A DNA stretch of 64,000 nucleotides from Schmidtea polychroa. Lineage: Eukaryota. Every line of letters starts with the position of its first letter. Positions within the stretch are counted from its first letter, which is position 1. The stretch covers positions 18,912,001 through 18,976,000 of the forward strand of contig CM097885.1 of the NCBI GenBank assembly GCA_044892525.1, written 5' to 3'. Positions 60,930-64,000 of this stretch are shown here, one piece after another. The notes beneath the pieces were generated by a model that was not told where the DNA came from, did no database searches, and saw only the letters and a list, made by a program, of their open reading frames with translations. The position numbers were made by a program, and so were the translations under genes.

Positions 60930-61704
60930 TGTTTCGACCCGTCAGAGGGGGATTGCCTCTGACTGGCATTTATTTGGCTTTTTCTATCGCGTCTGTGTGC
61001 GCGGTCTGGTTAGACCGATTCTTGTTGGTGTGCGCACACAGACGCGAGAAGTAGGTTTTGATTGTTGTAATTTTTTATAAATTGTAGTTTGTTTTAGAAA
61101 TTATTGATTCGACGAATTGTTGGAATTAAATAAGATTTGGTTTGTTTAAAACGGGATTGGTGGAGGATTTTTGAATCGAAATTTGGAGTGTTAAAGTTCC
61201 TTTGTTAAAATGGCTTCAGGTGTTAAATGTGATCCTTCAGTTGAAGAATATCTTAACAACTTTAAATTAATCGTATCGATTGTCACGGAACTTTCACAGT
61301 CGTTGCCATAATTTTTCATGATTATGCATGGGATCGAGTCTTCTAAATTCACAGATAAGTTCGTCAATAAAAGCAACGATATTGTATTATGCATTCGTGA
61401 GGAAATAACATTGAATCATGCTATGTCGGATCTTTCAAATCGATTTGTTTGCAAAACGGAAATCAGAAATTATTTCATTGAAGAATTATCCAACCGATTT
61501 TCTCAGTTGTCCGAAGTAAAACATTTGGTTAAGTCGAAGTTTGAAATCGCGCGTGTGCTTCGACGGAAACAGCTACTGGATAAGATGGCATTATCTGATG
61601 ATATCGAAATGGACAAGACATCATTCAAACCTGATCGACGTGGCCCTGTAGAGGCGGAAAATAAAATCTTGAAAATTGTCAATCGTTTTTTTTGGAATAA
61701 AACA
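60930..61704 (+). repeat. 3' LTR of element 2 (775 bp)
   Basis: Follows PPT AAGGAGGGGGAAA; ends AAACA. Confidence 0.95.
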
Positions 61705-64000
61705 CTACTGATAAAACAACATTCAAATGACCACTCAAAACAAATTCATCATATTCATTATCCTTAGCATTTTTAAATTCCATATCATTTTCCATTTCGA
61801 AATTAATCATCAACGAATTTAAAAATTTTTATTTTCAAAAAATCCACAAAACTTACAAAATTTAAACAAGTCCCTTTTTCCAACAAAACTTCTAATACTT
61901 CATAAAACTCCAAAAAATTTTCAGCCAAAAAAAATATCAACCAATCATAAATTCCAAAATTACACTGTTTGCGTCTGTGTGCTCATACAAAAAAACAAGC
62001 CCATCTCCAAATCCAACGCGCACACAGACGCGAATTAACGTCAGGATTGACCAAACCTCTTTTCTATAAATTTTTGTTTCAATTTATTGAATTTAATTTC
62101 TAGTTAAGACATTATTGGATCTTGAAAAAAGCAGTGCCTAAAATTTGTGAATATCAAAAAAACATAGATATATTTACTGATTCATAGTCAAGCTTTTTAT
62201 TCTCTTAATTAAACATATCTTTTGACAAGACATTATTGAGACATCTTAAACATTTCAAAAACTTCAACAAATTTTTAAATAGTTTGGAACTTATTTCCGT
62301 AACAGCATAATAGTTGTGATCTTGTGATAAAAATAAAACTTATGAAGCGGAGTTTCTTATTCTGATCAAGAACACGAAGAATTGAATCCTCAACTCTTTC
62401 CTACTTTTCCTTTCTGTTTCCCTCTGCAATATTTTAATAAGATTAAATTCAAGTTGAATTTAAATTTCATAATTTTAAAATCGAAATTAACAATTGACCC
62501 CAAAGCATTTTTGAAATGTTCATTGTAGTCGTTAAATTTTGGTTCAATACAATTGAAAACGAATAAAAAGTGAAATATTCGGCGGTTTCAAATTTTTATA
62601 GATAAAAAATCGATCTATAGTTGTAATGAAAATAAATGACATATTTATAAATGACAACGAAAACAAATAAAATTCAATAACTACATCTCTATAAATAAAT
62701 ACTGATTGTTAATAAATTTTTGACCTTGTTGAGATAATTTCTTTCTCGAATTAATCTGATACATGATTCGTTTTACTCATTAAATATCCTTTGCCTTTGT
62801 TTTTTTTAATTTCTTACCATCGTTCATAATATTAAATAAACGAAAAGATTGCATGCAAAAAGGATCAAATGTCTAGAAATCCTAAAAAAAACATTACATT
62901 AAGTCTGAGAGGCTGTTGAATGTAATTAAAAGATTTGCAGATCGTAGCGGGTAAATATCATAAATGCATTGAAGCGTGATCTTGTTGTTGAGAAAAACTC
63001 TTTGAATATCATTTTTCAATACAACCGAAATCAATAAAAAAATTTTTTTGCAAATAAATTTGACTTAGACTTTTAAATTTATTATTCTAAAATAATTTTT
63101 ATAATATTAATTAATCTTTTAAAATTAATAATTTAAAATATAAATTAAAAAATTTATAAAAGATTTTTTTTTATTTATTCAAATGGATTTGTTTCGTGAT
63201 TGCATCACTGTCTCGAGAAAAGTTAAAACAAAAATTGGAATTTCTTCAAATTTTGCCAGACTTCGACGATTGTTATTACTGTAATTGTGATCACAGATTT
63301 TCTTTTATCTAACCAGTTTTAGTTGACAGGAAAATGACTAAATTTATTACATAAGATTAAATCTCTCATGACAAATTTACACGTTAAAATATTAAATCAA
63401 ACGTCAAATTTGGGAATTTTTCAAAAAAATAATAAATTCATTAAGATTTAAATTGTAAAAATTAATATTATTAAAAAATTAAATTTATTGAAAAAATACT
63501 AAACATTTTTTTATAAGCTGCGAGGAGAATTTGTCTCACAATTACAGCCATTTTTGGTGATCTATATGAAATTTCAAACAAACACTTGAAAAGGCAATAC
63601 CGAAAATTTGTGTTCAATAAATACAAATATTATTCTAACACCCGAAAAAAGAAATTGAAAATATTGATTGTAATAAACTTTACTTTATAATAATGATAAT
63701 AACAATAATAATAATTATAAAAAACACTATTATAATAATATCTTAATAATTTTATATTTTAATAATTATTATCCAAACCAATTAAATAATAAACTTTTCC
63801 ATAAAATCCAATTCTTCGGAGTAAAAATAAAATTTTTTTTTAATTTTCATAATTCATTTGAGATTATTGAAAAATATGAACAAAATCTGACTATGATTTG
63901 TAAAACACAAAAAATAATCTTAAAATCCCCAAAGAATAGAAACCATAATTTTCATAACATATTTGAGTTTATGATAATATATAAAATATAAATGCAAACA

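Larger units (their letters stand above)
56671..61704 (+). mobile_element. BEL/Pao LTR retrotransposon, element 2 (non-autonomous; no RT/RH/IN)
   Basis: LTRs 56671-57443 and 60930-61704 (TG...CA), TSD CTAAT/CTACT, PBS 57444-57461, PPT ~60917-60929, ubiquitin x2 - Gag - protease. Confidence 0.95.
56400..61810 (-). pseudogene. Intronless AAMP/Sqt1-like WD40 fragment split by element 2 (pieces ~61705-61810 and ~56400-56670)
   Basis: Joining across the TSD gives LSGHLNVVLSVVWDNKSRV/FTGGMNDTIIAWSLEDVKPIDILYGHSESITKL/NSFLVSADLCGYVIVWKL, with two frameshifts. Confidence 0.7.

Noticed and set aside
62050..64000. Possible minus-strand exons
   Set aside because: No consistent open spliced frame or recognisable domain found.

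Overview
Very AT-rich eukaryotic (probably invertebrate) genomic DNA with short ~40-50 nt introns. The left part holds three host genes: intronless tra2, ACBD6-like, and RPS7 with an intronic H/ACA snoRNA. The rest is mostly mobile DNA. A 19.3 kb Maverick/Polinton (17360-36660; 6-bp TSD, ~1.45 kb TIRs) encodes pPolB, integrase, packaging ATPase and a TBP-like gene; its capsid/protease block is gone. There are also nested Tc1/hAT/solo-LTR insertions, several MITEs and a Helitron. The most striking feature is a family of BEL/Pao LTR retrotransposons: two near-complete copies, one relic and two LTR remnants. Their LTRs keep a shared U3 core but carry different intronless host-mRNA fragments (Rab1 + proteasome alpha6; cofilin-like; AAMP-like WD40). 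In both near-complete copies the LTR reading frame runs through the tRNA-iMet PBS into ubiquitin fused to Gag. Each also has a leader segment complementary to its own PPT/U3 junction. All identifications are by eye from motifs; no database searches were run.
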